A DNA stretch of 64,000 nt from Nemertoderma westbladi (taxonomy: Eukaryota; Animalia; Xenacoelomorpha). Both the position numbers and the translations under genes were made by a program. Positions 21,501 to 36,500 of the stretch are shown here, in pieces. The notes under the pieces were generated by a model that did no database searches, had not been told where the DNA came from, and saw only the letters and a list, made by a program, of their open reading frames with translations. How positions within the stretch are numbered: position 1 is the first letter of the stretch; every line of letters starts with the position of its first letter. The stretch covers positions 62,001 to 126,000 of the forward strand of contig JAUCBJ010002777.1 of the NCBI GenBank assembly GCA_032718475.1. Direction: 5' to 3'.

Positions 21501-24500
21501 TCGAGGCTTTATTTGCACTCACACAGATACTTTACACTGCCCCCACTTCGAGGCTTTATTTGCACTCACACAGATACTTTACACTGCCCCAACTTCGAGG
21601 CTTTATTTGCACTCACACAGATACTTTACACTGCCCCCAACTTCGAGGCTTTATTTGCACTCACACAGATACTTTACACTGCCCCCACTTCGAGGCTTTA
21701 TTTGCACTCACATAGATACTTTACACGAACCCCCTTCGATCGAGGCTTTATTTGCACTCACACAGATACTTTACACTGCCCCCACTTCGAGGCTTTATTT
21801 GCACTCACACAGATACTTTACACTGCCCCCACTTCGAGGCTTTATTTGCACTCACACAGATACTTTACACGAACCCCCTTCGATCGAGGCTTTATTTGCA
21901 CTCACACAGATACTTTACACTGCCCCCACTTCGAGGCTTTATTTGCACTCACACAGATACTTTACACTGCCCCCACTTCGAGGCTTTATTTGCACTCACA
22001 CAGATACTTTACACGAACCCCCTTCGATCGAGGCTTTATTTGCACTCACATAGATACTTTACACTGCCCCAACTTCGAGGCTTTATTTGCACTCACACAG
22101 ATACTTTACACTGCCCCCACTTCGAGGCTTTATTTGCACTCACACAGATACTTTACACTGCCCCCACTTCGAGGCTTTATTTGCACTCACACAGATACTT
22201 TACACTGCCCCAACTTCGAGGCTTTATTTGCACTCACACAGATACTTTACACTGCCCCCACTTCGAGGCTTTATTTGCACTCACACAGATACTTTACACT
22301 GCCCCCACTTCGAGGCTTTATTTGCACTCACACAGATACTTTACACTGCCCCAACTTCGAGGCTTTATTTGCACTCACACAGATACTTTACACTGCCCCC
22401 ACTTCGAGGCTTTATTTGCACTCACACAGATACTTTACACTGCCCCCACTTCGAGGCTTTATTTGCACTCACACAGATACTTTACACTGCCCCAACTTCG
22501 AGGCTTTATTTGCACTCACACAGATACTTTACACTGCCCCCACTTCGAGGCTTTATTTGCACTCACACAGATACTTTACACTGCCCCAACTTCGAGGCTT
22601 TATTTGCACTCACACAGATACTTTACACTGCCCCCACTTCGAGGCTTTATTTGCACTCACACAGATACTTTACACTGCCCCAACTTCGAGGCTTTATTTG
22701 CACTCACACAGATACTTTACACTGCCCCAACTTCGAGGCTTTATTTGCACTCACACAGATACTTTACACTGCCCCCACTTCGAGGCTTTATTTGCACTCA
22801 CATAGATACTTTACACGAACCCCCTTCGATCGAGGCTTTATTTGCACTCACACAGATACTTTACACTGCCCCCACTTCGAGGCTTTATTTGCACTCACAC
22901 AGATACTTTACACTGCCCCCACTTCGAGGCTTTATTTGCACTCACACAGATACTTTACACGAACCCCCTTCGATCGAGGCTTTATTTGCACTCACACAGA
23001 TACTTTACACTGCCCCCACTTCGAGGCTTTATTTGCACTCACACAGATACTTTACACTGCCCCCACTTCGAGGCTTTATTTGCACTCACACAGATACTTT
23101 ACACTGCCCCCACTTCGAGGCTTTATTTGCACTCACACAGATACTTTACACTGCCCCCACTTCGAGGCTTTATTTGCACTCACACAGACACTTTACACGA
23201 ACCCCCTTCGATCGAGGCTTTATTTGCACTCACACAGATACTTTACACTGCCCCCACTTCGAGGCTTTATTTGCACTCACACAGATACTTTACACGAACC
23301 CCCTTCGATCGAGGCTTTATTTGCACTCACACAGATACTTTACACTGCCCCCACTTCGAGGCTTTATTTGCACTCACACAGATACTTTACACTGCCCCCA
23401 CTTCGAGGCTTTATTTGCACTCACACAGATACTTTACACGAACCCCCTTCGATCGAGGCTTTATTTGCACTCACACAGATACTTTACACTGCCCCCCACT
23501 TCGAGGCTTTATTTGCACTCACACAGATACTTTACACTGCCCCCACTTCGAGGCTTTATTTGCACTCACACAGATACTTTACACGAACCCCCTTCGATCG
23601 AGGCTTTATTTGCACTCACACAGATACTTTACACGAACCCCCTTCGATCGAGGCTTTATTTGCACTCACACAGATACTTTACACTGCCCCCACTTCGAGG
23701 CTTTATTTGCACTCACACAGATACTTTACACTGCCCCAACTTCGAGGCTTTATTTGCACTCACACAGATACTTTACACTGCCCCAACTTCGAGGCTTTAT
23801 TTGCACTCACACAGATACTTTACACTGCCCCAACTTCGAGGCTTTATTTGCACTCACACAGATACTTTACACTGCCCCCACTTCGAGGCTTTATTTGCAC
23901 TCACACAGATACTTTACACTGCCCCAACTTCGAGGCTTTATTTGCACTCACACAGATACTTTACACTGCCCCAACTTCGAGGCTTTATTTGCACTCACAC
24001 AGATACTTTACACTGCCCCAACTTCGAGGCTTTATTTGCACTCACACAGATACTTTACACTGCCCCAACTTCGAGGCTTTATTTGCACTCACACAGATAC
24101 TTTACACTGCCCCAACTTCGAGGCTTTATTTGCACTCACACAGATACTTTACACGAACCCCCTTCGATCGAGGCTTTATTTGCACTCACACAGATACTTT
24201 ACACGAACCCCCTTCGATCGAGGCTTTATTTGCACTCACACAGATACTTTACACGAACCCCCTTCGATCGAGGCTTTATTTGCACTCACACAGATACTTT
24301 ACACGAACCCCCTTCGATCGAGGCTTTATTTGCACTCACACAGATACTTTACACGAACCCCCTTCGATCGAGGCTTTATTTGCACTCACACAGATACTTT
24401 ACACTGCCCCCACTTCGAGGCTTTATTTGCACTCACACAGATACTTTACACTGCCCCAACTTCGAGGCTTTATTTGCACTCACACAGATACTTTACACTG

Positions 24501-27500
24501 CCCCAACTTCGAGGCTTTATTTGCACTCACACAGATACTTTACACGAACCCCCTTCGATCGAGGCTTTATTTGCACTCACACAGATACTTTACACGAACC
24601 CCCTTCGATCGAGGCTTTATTTGCACTCACACAGATACTTTACTCTGCCCCCCACTTCGAGGCTTTATTTGCACTCACACAGATACTTTACACTGCCCCC
24701 ACTTCGAGGCTTTATTTGCACTCACACAGATACTTTACACTGCCCCCACTTCGAGGCTTTATTTGCACTCACACAGATACTTTACACGAACCCCCTTCGA
24801 TCGAGGCTTTATTTGCACTCACACAGATACTTTACACGAACCCCCTTCGATCGAGGCTTTATTTGCACTCACACAGATACTTTACTCTGCCCCCCACTTC
24901 GAGGCTTTATTTGCACTCACACAGATACTTTACACTGCCCCCACTTCGAGGCTTTATTTGCACTCACACAGATACTTTACACGAACCCCCTTCGATCGAG
25001 GCTTTATTTGCACTCACACAGATACTTTACACGAACCCCCTTCGATCGAGGCTTTATTTGCACTCACACAGATACTTTACACGAACCCCCTTCGATCGAG
25101 GCTTTATTTGCACTCACACAGATACTTTACTCTGCCCCCCACTTCGAGGCTTTATTTGCACTCACACAGATACTTTACACTGCCCCCACTTCGAGGCTTT
25201 ATTTGCACTCACACAGATACTTTACACTGCCCCCACTTCGAGGCTTTATTTGCACTCACACAGATACTTTACACGAACCCCCTTCGATCGAGGCTTTATT
25301 TGCACTCACACAGATACTTTACACGAACCCCCTTCGATCGAGGCTTTATTTGCACTCACACAGATACTTTACTCTGCCCCCCACTTCGAGGCTTTATTTG
25401 CACTCACACAGATACTTTACACTGCCCCCACTTCGAGGCTTTATTTGCACTCACACAGATACTTTACACTGCCCCCACTTCGAGGCTTTATTTGCACTCA
25501 CACAGATACTTTACACGAACCCCCTTCGATCGAGGCTTTATTTACACTCACACAGATACTTTACACGAACCCCCTTCGATCGAGGCTTTATTTGCACTCA
25601 CACAGATACTTTACACTGCCCCCACTTCGATCGAGGCTTTATTTACACTCACACAGATACTTTACACTGCCCCCACTTCGAGGCTTTATTTGCACTCACA
25701 CAGATACTTTACACGAACCCCCTTCGATCGAGGCTTTATTTGCACTCACACAGATACTTTACACTGCCCCAACTTCGAGGCTTTATTTGCACTCACACAG
25801 ATACTTTACACTGCCCCAACTTCGAGGCTTTATTTGCACTCACACAGATACTTTACACTGCCCCAACTTCGAGGCTTTATTTGCACTCACACAGATACTT
25901 TACACTGCCCCAACTTCGAGGCTTTATTTGCACTCACACAGATACTTTACACGAACCCCCTTCGATCGAGGCTTTATTTGCACTCACACAGATACTTTAC
26001 ACTGCCCCAACTTCGAGGCTTTATTTGCACTCACACAGATACTTTACACTGCCCCAACTTCGAGGCTTTATTTGCACTCACACAGATACTTTACACTGCC
26101 CCAACTTCGAGGCTTTATTTGCACTCACACAGATACTTTACACTGCCCCAACTTCGAGGCTTTATTTGCACTCACACAGATACTTTACACTGCCCCAACT
26201 TCGAGGCTTTATTTGCACTCACACAGATACTTTACACTGCCCCAACTTCGAGGCTTTATTTGCACTCACACAGATACTTTACACTGCCCCAACTTCGAGG
26301 CTTTATTTGCACTCACACAGATACTTTACACTGCCCCCACTTCGAGGCTTTATTTACACTCACACAGATACTTTACACTGCCCCCACTTCGAGGCTTTAT
26401 TTACACTCACACAGATACTTTACACTGCCCCAACTTCGAGGCTTTATTTGCACTCACACAGATACTTTACACTGCCCCAACTTCGAGGCTTTATTTGCAC
26501 TCACACAGATACTTTACACTGCCCCCACTTCGAGGCTTTATTTACACTCACACAGATACTTTACACTGCCCCAACTTCGAGGCTTTATTTGCACTCACAC
26601 AGATACTTTACACTGCCCCAACTTCGAGGCTTTATTTGCACTCACACAGATACTTTACACTGCCCCAACTTCGAGGCTTTATTTGCACTCACACAGATAC
26701 TTTACACTGCCCCCACTTCGAGGCTTTATTTACACTCACACAGATACTTTACACTGCCCCAACTTCGAGGCTTTATTTGCACTCACACAGATACTTTACA
26801 CTGCCCCCACTTCGAGGCTTTATTTACACTCACACAGATACTCTACACGAACCCACTTCGATCGAGGCTTTATTTACACTCACACAGATACTTTACTCTG
26901 CCCCCCACTTCGAGGCTTTATTTGCACTCACACAGATACTTTACACGAACCCCCTTCGATCGAGGCTTTATTTACACTCACACAGATACTTTACACGAAC
27001 CCCCTTCGATCGAGGCTTTATTTGCACTCACACAGATACTTTACACGAACCCCCTTCGATCGAGGCTTTATTTGCACTCACACAGATACTTTACTCTGCC
27101 CCCACTTCGAGGCTTTATTTGCACTCACACAGATACTTTACACGAACCCACTTCGATCGAGGCTTTATTTGCACTCACACAGATACTTTACTCTGCCCCC
27201 ACTTCGAGGCTTTATTTGCACTCACACAGATACTTTACACTGCCCCCACTTCGAGGCTTTATTTGCACTCACACAGATACTTTACACTGCCCCCACTTCG
27301 AGGCTTTATTTGCACTCACACAGATACTTTACACGAACCCCCTTCGATCGAGGCTTTATTTGCACTCACACAGATACTTTACTCTGCCCCCACTTCGAGG
27401 CTTTATTTGCACTCACACAGATACTTTACTCTGCCCCCACTTCGAGGCTTTATTTGCACTCACACAGATACTTTACACGAACCCCCTTCGATCGAGGCTT

Positions 27501-30500
27501 TATTTGCACTCACACAGATACTTTACTCTGCCCCCACTTCGAGGCTTTATTTGCACTCACACAGATACTTTACACTGAACCCCCTTCGATCGAGGCTTTA
27601 TTTGCACTCACACAGATACTTTACACGAACCCCCTTCGATCGAGGCTTTATTTGCACTCACACAGATACTTTACACTGCCCCCCACTTCGAGGCTTTATT
27701 TGCACTCACACAGATACTTTACACGAACCCCCTTCGATCGAGGCTTTATTTGCACTCACACAGATACTTTACACTGCCCCCACTTCGAGGCTTTATTTGC
27801 ACTCACACAGATACTTTACACTGCCCCCACTTCGAGGCTTTATTTACACTCACACAGATACTTTACACTGCCCCCACTTCGAGGCTTTATTTGCACTCAC
27901 ACAGATACTTTACACGAACCCCCTTCGATCGAGGCTTTATTTGCACTCACACAGATACTTTACACTGCCCCCACTTCGAGGCTTTATTTGCACTCACACA
28001 GATACTTTACACTGCCCCCACTTCGAGGCTTTATTTACACTCACACAGATACTTTACACTGCCCCCACTTCGAGGCTTTATTTGCACTCACACAGATACT
28101 TTACACGAACCCCCTTCGATCGAGGCTTTATTTGCACTCACACAGATACTTTACTCTGCCCCCACTTCGAGGCTTTATTTGCACTCACACAGATACTTTA
28201 CTCTGCCCCCACTTCGAGGCTTTATTTGCACTCACACAGATACTTTACACGAACCCCCTTCGATCGAGGCTTTATTTGCACTCACACAGATACTTTACTC
28301 TGCCCCCACTTCGAGGCTTTATTTGCACTCACACAGATACTTTACACTGAACCCCCTTCGATCGAGGCTTTATTTGCACTCACACAGATACTTTACACGA
28401 ACCCCCTTCGATCGAGGCTTTATTTGCACTCACACAGATACTTTACACTGCCCCCCACTTCGAGGCTTTATTTGCACTCACACAGATACTTTACACGAAC
28501 CCCCTTCGATCGAGGCTTTATTTGCACTCACACAGATACTTTACACTGCCCCCACTTCGAGGCTTTATTTGCACTCACACAGATACTTTACACTGCCCCC
28601 ACTTCGAGGCTTTATTTACACTCACACAGATACTTTACACTGCCCCCACTTCGAGGCTTTATTTGCACTCACACAGATACTTTACACGAACCCCCTTCGA
28701 TCGAGGCTTTATTTGCACTCACACAGATACTTTACACTGCCCCCACTTCGTGGCTTTATTTGCACTCACACAGATACTTTACACTGCCCCCACTTCGAGG
28801 CTTTATTTACACTCACACAGATACTTTACACTGCCCCCACTTCGAGGCTTTATTTGCACTCACACAGATACTTTACACGAACCCCCTTCGATCGAGGCTT
28901 TATTTGCACTCACACAGATACTTTACACTGCCCCCACTTCGATCGAGGCTTTATTTACACTCACACAGATACTTTACACTGCCCCCACTTCGAGGCTTTA
29001 TTTGCACTCACACAGATACTTTACACGAACCCCCTTCGATCGAGGCTTTATTTGCACTCACACAGATACTTTACACGAACCCCCTTCGATCGAGGCTTTA
29101 TTTGCACTCACACAGATACTTTACACTGCCCCCCACTTCGAGGCTTTATTTGCACTCACACAGATACTTTACTCTGCCCCCACTTCGAGGTTTTATTTGC
29201 ACTCACACAGATACTTTACACGAACCCCCTTCGATCGAGGCTTTATTTGCACTCACACAGATACTTTACTCTGCCCCCCACTTCGAGGCTTTATTTGCAC
29301 TCACACAGATACTTTACACGAACCCCCTTCGATCGAGGCTTTATTTGCACTCACACAGATACTTTACTCTGCCCCCACTTCGAGGCTTTATTTGCACTCA
29401 CACAGATACTTTACTCTGCCCCCACTTCGAGGTTTTATTTGCACTCACACAGATACTTTACACGAACCCCCTTCGATCGAGGCTTTATTTGCACTCACAC
29501 AGATACTTTCCCTTTCCCCACTTCGAGGCTTTATTTGCACTCACACAGATACTTTACACTGCCCCCACTTCGAGGCTTTATTTGCACTCACACAGATACT
29601 TTACTCTGCCCCCACTTCGAGGTTTTATTTGCACTCACACAGATACTTTACACGAACCCCCTTCGATCGAGGCTTTATTTGCACTCACACAGATACTTTA
29701 CACTGCCCCCACTTCGAGGCTTTATTTGCACTCACACAGATACTTTACACGAACCCACTTCGATCGAGGCTTTATTTGCACTCACACAGATACTTTACAC
29801 GAACCCCCTTCGATCGAGGCTTTATTTGCACTCACACAGATACTTTACACTGCCCCCACTTCGAGACTTTATTTGCACTCACACAGATACTTTACACGAA
29901 CCCCCTTCGATCGAGGCTTTATTTGCACTCACACAGATACTTTACACTGCCCCCACTTCGAGGCTTTATTTGCACTCACACAGATACTTTACACTGAACC
30001 CCCTTCGATCGAGGCTTTATTTGCACTCACACAGATACTTTACACTGCCCCCACTTCGAGGCTTTATTTGCACTCACACAGATACTTTACACTGAACCCC
30101 CTTCGATCGAGGCTTTATTTGCACTCACACAGATACTTTACACGAACCCCCTTCGATCGAGGCTTTATTTGCACTCACACAGATACTTTACACTGAACCC
30201 CCTTCGATCGAGGCTTTATTTGCACTCACACAGATACTTTACACGAACCCCCTTCGATCGAGGCTTTATTTGCACTCACACAGATACTTTACACTGAACC
30301 CCCTTCGATCGAGGCTTTATTTGCACTCACACAGATACTTTACACTGAACCCCCTTCGATCGAGGCTTTATTTGCACTCACACAGATACTTTACACGAAC
30401 CCCCTTCGAGGCTTTATTTGCACTCACACAGATACTTTACAAGAACCCCCTTCGATCGAGGCTTTATTTGCACTCACACAGATACTTTACACGAACCCCC

Positions 30501-33500
30501 TTCGATCGAGGCTTTATTTGCACTCACACAGATACTTTACACTGAACCCCCTTCGATCGAGGCTTTATTTGCACTCACACAGATACTTTACACGAACCCC
30601 CTTCGATCGAGGCTTTATTTGCACTCACACAGATACTTTACACTGAACCCCCTTCGATCGAGGCTTTATTTGCACTCACACAGATACTTTACACGAACCC
30701 CCTTCGATCGAGGCTTTATTTGCACTCACACAGATACTTTACACTGCCCCCCACTTCGAGGCTTTATTTGCACTCACACAGATACTTTACACGAACCCCC
30801 TTCGATCGAGGCTTTATTTGCACTCACACAGATACTTTACACTGCCCCCCACTTCGAGGCTTTATTTGCACTCACACAGATACTTTACACTGCCCTCACT
30901 TCGAGGCTTTATTTACACTCACACAGATACTTTACACGAACCCCCTTCGATCGAGGCTTTATTTGCACTCACACAGATACTTTACACTGAACCCACTTCG
31001 AGGCTTTATTTGCACTCACACAGATACTTTACACTGCCCCCACTTCGAGACTTTATTTGCACTCACACAGATACTTTACTCTGCCCCAACTTCGAGGCTT
31101 TATTTGCACTCACACAGATACTTTACACGAACCCCCTTCGATCGAGGCTTTATTTGCACTCACACAGATACTTTACACTGCCCTCACTTCGAGGCTTTAT
31201 TTGCACTCACACAGATACTTTACACGAACCCCCTTCGATCGAGGCTTTATTTGCACTCACACAGATACTTTACACTGCCCCCACTTCGTGGCTTTATTTG
31301 CACTCACACAGATACTTTACACTGCCCCCACTTCGAGACTTTATTTGCACTCACACAGATACTTTACACTGCCCCCACTTCGAGGCTTTATTTGCACTCA
31401 CACAGATACTTTACACGAACCCCCTTCGATCGAGGCTTTATTTGCACTCACACAGATACTTTACACTGCCCTCACTTCGTGGCTTTATTTGCACTCACAC
31501 AGATACTTTACACTGCCCCCACTTCGAGACTTTATTTGCACTCACACAGATACTTTACACTGCCCCCACTTCGAGGCTTTATTTGCACTCCCACAGATAC
31601 TTTACACTGCCCCCACTTCGAGGCTTTATTTGCACTCACACAGATACTTTACACGAACCCCCTTCGAGGCTTTATTTACACTCACACAGATACTTTACAC
31701 TGCCCCCACTTCGTGGCTTTATTTGCACTCACACAGATACTTTACACTGCCCCCACTTCGAGGCTTTATTTGCACTCCCACAGATACTTTACACTGCCCC
31801 CACTTCGAGGCTTTATTTGCACTCACACAGATACTTTACACGAACCCCCTTCGAGGCTTTATTTACACTCACACAGATACTTTACACTGCCCCCACTTCG
31901 TGGCTTTATTTGCACTCACACAGATACTTTACACTGCCCCCACTTCGAGACTTTATTTGCACTCACACAGATACTTTACACTGCCCCCACTTCGAGGCTT
32001 TATTTGCACTCACACAGATACTTTACACGAACCCCCTTCGATCGAGGCTTTATTTGCACTCACACAGATACTTTACACTGCCCCCACTTCGTGGCTTTAT
32101 TTGCACTCACACAGATACTTTACACTGCCCCCACTTCGAGACTTTATTTGCACTCACACAGATACTTTACACTGCCCCCACTTCGAGGCTTTATTTGCAC
32201 TCACACAGATACTTTACACGAACCCCCTTCGATCGAGGCTTTATTTGCACTCACACAGATACTTTACACTGCCCTCACTTCGTGGCTTTATTTGCACTCA
32301 CACAGATACTTTACACTGCCCCCACTTCGAGACTTTATTTGCACTCACACAGATACTTTACACTGCCCCCACTTCGAGGCTTTATTTGCACTCACACAGA
32401 TACTTTACACGAACCCCCTTCGAGGCTTTATTTACACTCACACAGATACTTTACACTGCCCCCACTTCGTGGCTTTATTTGCACTCACACAGATACTTTA
32501 CACTGCCCCCACTTCGAGACTTTATTTGCACTCACACAGATACTTTACACTGCCCCCACTTCGAGGCTTTATTTGCACTCACACAGATACTTTACACGAA
32601 CCCCCTTCGAGGCTTTATTTACACTCACACAGATACTTTACACTGCCCCCACTTCGTGGCTTTATTTGCACTCACACAGATACTTTACACTGCCCCCACT
32701 TCGAGACTTTATTTGCACTCACACAGATACTTTACACTGCCCCCACTTCGAGACTTTATTTGCACTCACACAGATACTTTACACTGCCCCCACTTCGAGG
32801 CTTTATTTGCACTCACACAGATACTTTACACGAACCCCCTTCGAGGCTTTATTTGCACTCACACAGATACTTTACACGAACCCCCTTCGAGGCTTTATTT
32901 ACACTCACACAGATACTTTACACGAACCCACTTCGAGACTTTATTTGCACTCACACAGATACTTTACACTGCCCCCACTTCGAGGCTTTATTTGCACTCA
33001 CACAGATACTTTACACGAACCCCCTTCGATCGAGGCTTTATTTGCACTCACACAGATACTTTACACTGCCCCACTTCGAGGCTTTATTTACACTCACACA
33101 GATACTTTACACTGCCCCCACTTCGTGGCTTTATTTGCACTCACACAGATACTTTACACTGCCCCCACTTCGAGACTTTATTTGCACTCACACAGATACT
33201 TTACACTGCCCCCACTTCGTGGCTTTATTTGCACTCACACAGATACTTTACACTGCCCCCACTTCGAGGCTTTATTTGCACTCACACAGATACTTTACAC
33301 GAACCCCCTTCGATCGAGGCTTTATTTGCACTCACACAGATACTTTACTCTGCCCCCACTTCGAGGTTTTATTTGCACTCACACAGATACTTTACACTGC
33401 CCCCACTTCGAGGCTTTATTTGCACTCACACAGATACTTTACACGAACCCCCTTCGATCGAGGCTTTATTTGCACTCACACAGATACTTTACACTGCCCC

Positions 33501-36500
33501 CACTTCGTGGCTTTATTTGCACTCACACAGATACTTTACACGAACCCCCTTCGATCGAGGCTTTATTTGCACTCACACAGATACTTTACTCTGCCCCCAC
33601 TTCGAGGCTTTATTTGCACTCACACAGATACTTTACACGAACCCCCTTCGAGGCTTTATTTGCACTCACACAGATACTTTACACGAACCCCCTTCGATCG
33701 AGGCTTTATTTGCACTCACACAGATACTTTACACTGCCCCCACTTCGAGGCTTTATTTGCACTCACACAGATACTTTACACGAACCCCCTTCGATCGAGG
33801 CTTTATTTGCACTCACACAGATACTTTACTCTGCCCCCACTTCGAGGTTTTATTTGCACTCACACAGATACTTTACACTGCCCCAACTTCGAGGCTTTAT
33901 TTGCACTCACACAGATACTTTACACTGCCCCCACTTCGAGGCTTTATTTGCACTCACACAGATACTTTACACTGCCCCCACTTCGAGGCTTTATTTGCAC
34001 TCACACAGATACTTTACACTGCCCAAACTTCGAGGCTTTATTTGCACTCACACAGATACTTTACACGAACCCCCTTCGAGGCTTTATTTGCACTCACACA
34101 GATACTTTACACTGCCCCCACTTCGAGACTTTATTTGCACTCACACAGATACTTTACACTGCCCCCACTTCGAGACTTTATTTGCACTCACACAGATACT
34201 TTACACTGCCCAAACGTCGAGGCTTTATTTGCACTCACACAGATACTTTACACGAACCCCCTTCGAGGCTTTATTTGCACTCACACAGATACTTTACACT
34301 GCCCCCACTTCGAGACTTTATTTGCACTCACACAGATACTTTACACTGCCCCCACTTCGAGACTTTATTTGCACTCACACAGATACTTTACACTGCCCCC
34401 ACTTCGAGGCTTTATTTGCACTCACACAGATACTTTACACGAACCCCCTTCGATCGAGGCTTTATTTGCACTCACACAGATACTTTACACTGCCCCCACT
34501 TCGTGGCTTTATTTGCACTCACACAGATACTTTACACTGCCCCCACTTCGTGGCTTTATTTGCACTCACACAGATACTTTACACTGCCCCCACTTCGTGG
34601 CTTTATTTGCACTCACACAGATACTTTACACTGCCCCCACTTCGTGGCTTTATTTGCACTCACACAGATACTTTACACTGCCCCCACTTCGAGACTTTAT
34701 TTGCACTCACACAGATACTTTACACTGCCCCCACTTCGTGGCTTTATTTGCACTCACACAGATACTTTACACTGCCCCCACTTCGAGGCTTTATTTGCAC
34801 TAACACAGATACTTTACACTGCCCCCACTTCGAGGCTTTATTTGCACTCACACAGATACTTTACACTGCCCCCACTTCGAGGCTTTATTTCCACTCACAC
34901 AGATACTTTACACTGCCCCCACTTCGAGGCTTTATTTACACTCACACAGATACTTTACACGAACCCCCTTCGATCGAGGCTTTATTTGCACTCACACAGA
35001 TACTTTACACTGCCCTCACTTCGAGGCTCTATTTGCACTCACACAGATACTTTACACTGCCCCCACTTCGAGGCTTTATTTGCACTCACACAGATACTTT
35101 ACACTGCCCCCACTTCGAGGCTTTATTTGCACTCACACAGATACTTTACACTGCCCCCACTTCGAGGCTTTATTTGCACTCACACAGATACTTTACACTG
35201 CCCAAACTTCGAGGCTTTATTTGCACTGACACAGATACTTTACACTGCCCCCACTTCGATCGAGACTTTATTTGCACTCACACAGATACTTTACACGAAC
35301 CCACTTCGATCGAGACTTTATTTGCACTCACACAGATACTTTACACGAACCCCCTTCGATCGAGGCTTTATTTGCACTCACACAGATACTTTACACTGCC
35401 CCCACTTCGAGGCTTTATTTACACTCACACAGATACTTTACACTGCCCCCACTTCGTGGCTTTATTTGCACTCACACAGATACTTTACACTGCCCCCACT
35501 TCGTGGCTTTATTTGCACTCACACAGATACTTTACACGAACCCCCTTCGATCGAGGCTTTATTTGCACTCACACAGATACTTTACACTGCCCCCACTTCG
35601 AGGCTTTATTTGCACTCACACAGATACTTTACACTGCCCCCACTTCGAGGCTTTATTTGCACTCACACAGATACTTTACACTGCCCCCACTTCGAGGCTT
35701 TATTTGCACTCACACAGATACTTTACTCTGCCCCCACTTCGAGGCTTTATTTGCACTCACACAGATACTTTACACTGCCCAAACTTCGAGGCTTTATTTG
35801 CACTGACACAGATACTTTACACTGCCCCCACTTCGTGGCTTTATTTGCACTCACACAGATACTTTACACTGCCCCCACTTCGTGGCTTTATTTGCACTCA
35901 CACAGATACTTTACACGAACCCCCTTCGATCGAGGCTTTATTTGCACTCACACAGATACTTTACACTGCCCCCACTTCGAGGCTTTATTTGCACTCACAC
36001 AGATACTTTACACTGCCCCCACTTCGAGGCTTTATTTGCACTCACACAGATACTTTACACTGCCCCCACTTCGAGGCTTTATTTGCACTCACACAGATAC
36101 TTTACACTGCCCCCACTTCGTGGCTTTATTTGCACTCACACAGATACTTTACACTGCCCCCACTTCGTGGCTTTATTTGCACTCACACAGATACTTTACA
36201 CGAACCCCCTTCGATCGAGGCTTTATTTGCACTCACACAGATACTTTACACTGCCCCCACTTCGAGGCTTTATTTGCACTCACACAGATACTTTACACTG
36301 CCCCCACTTCGAGGCTTTATTTGCACTCACACAGATACTTTACACTGCCCCCACTTCGAGGCTTTATTTGCACTCACACAGATACTTTACTCTGCCCCCA
36401 CTTCGAGGCTTTATTTGCACTCACACAGATACTTTACACTGCCCAAACTTCGAGGCTTTATTTGCACTGACACAGATACTTTACACTGCCCCCACTTCGA

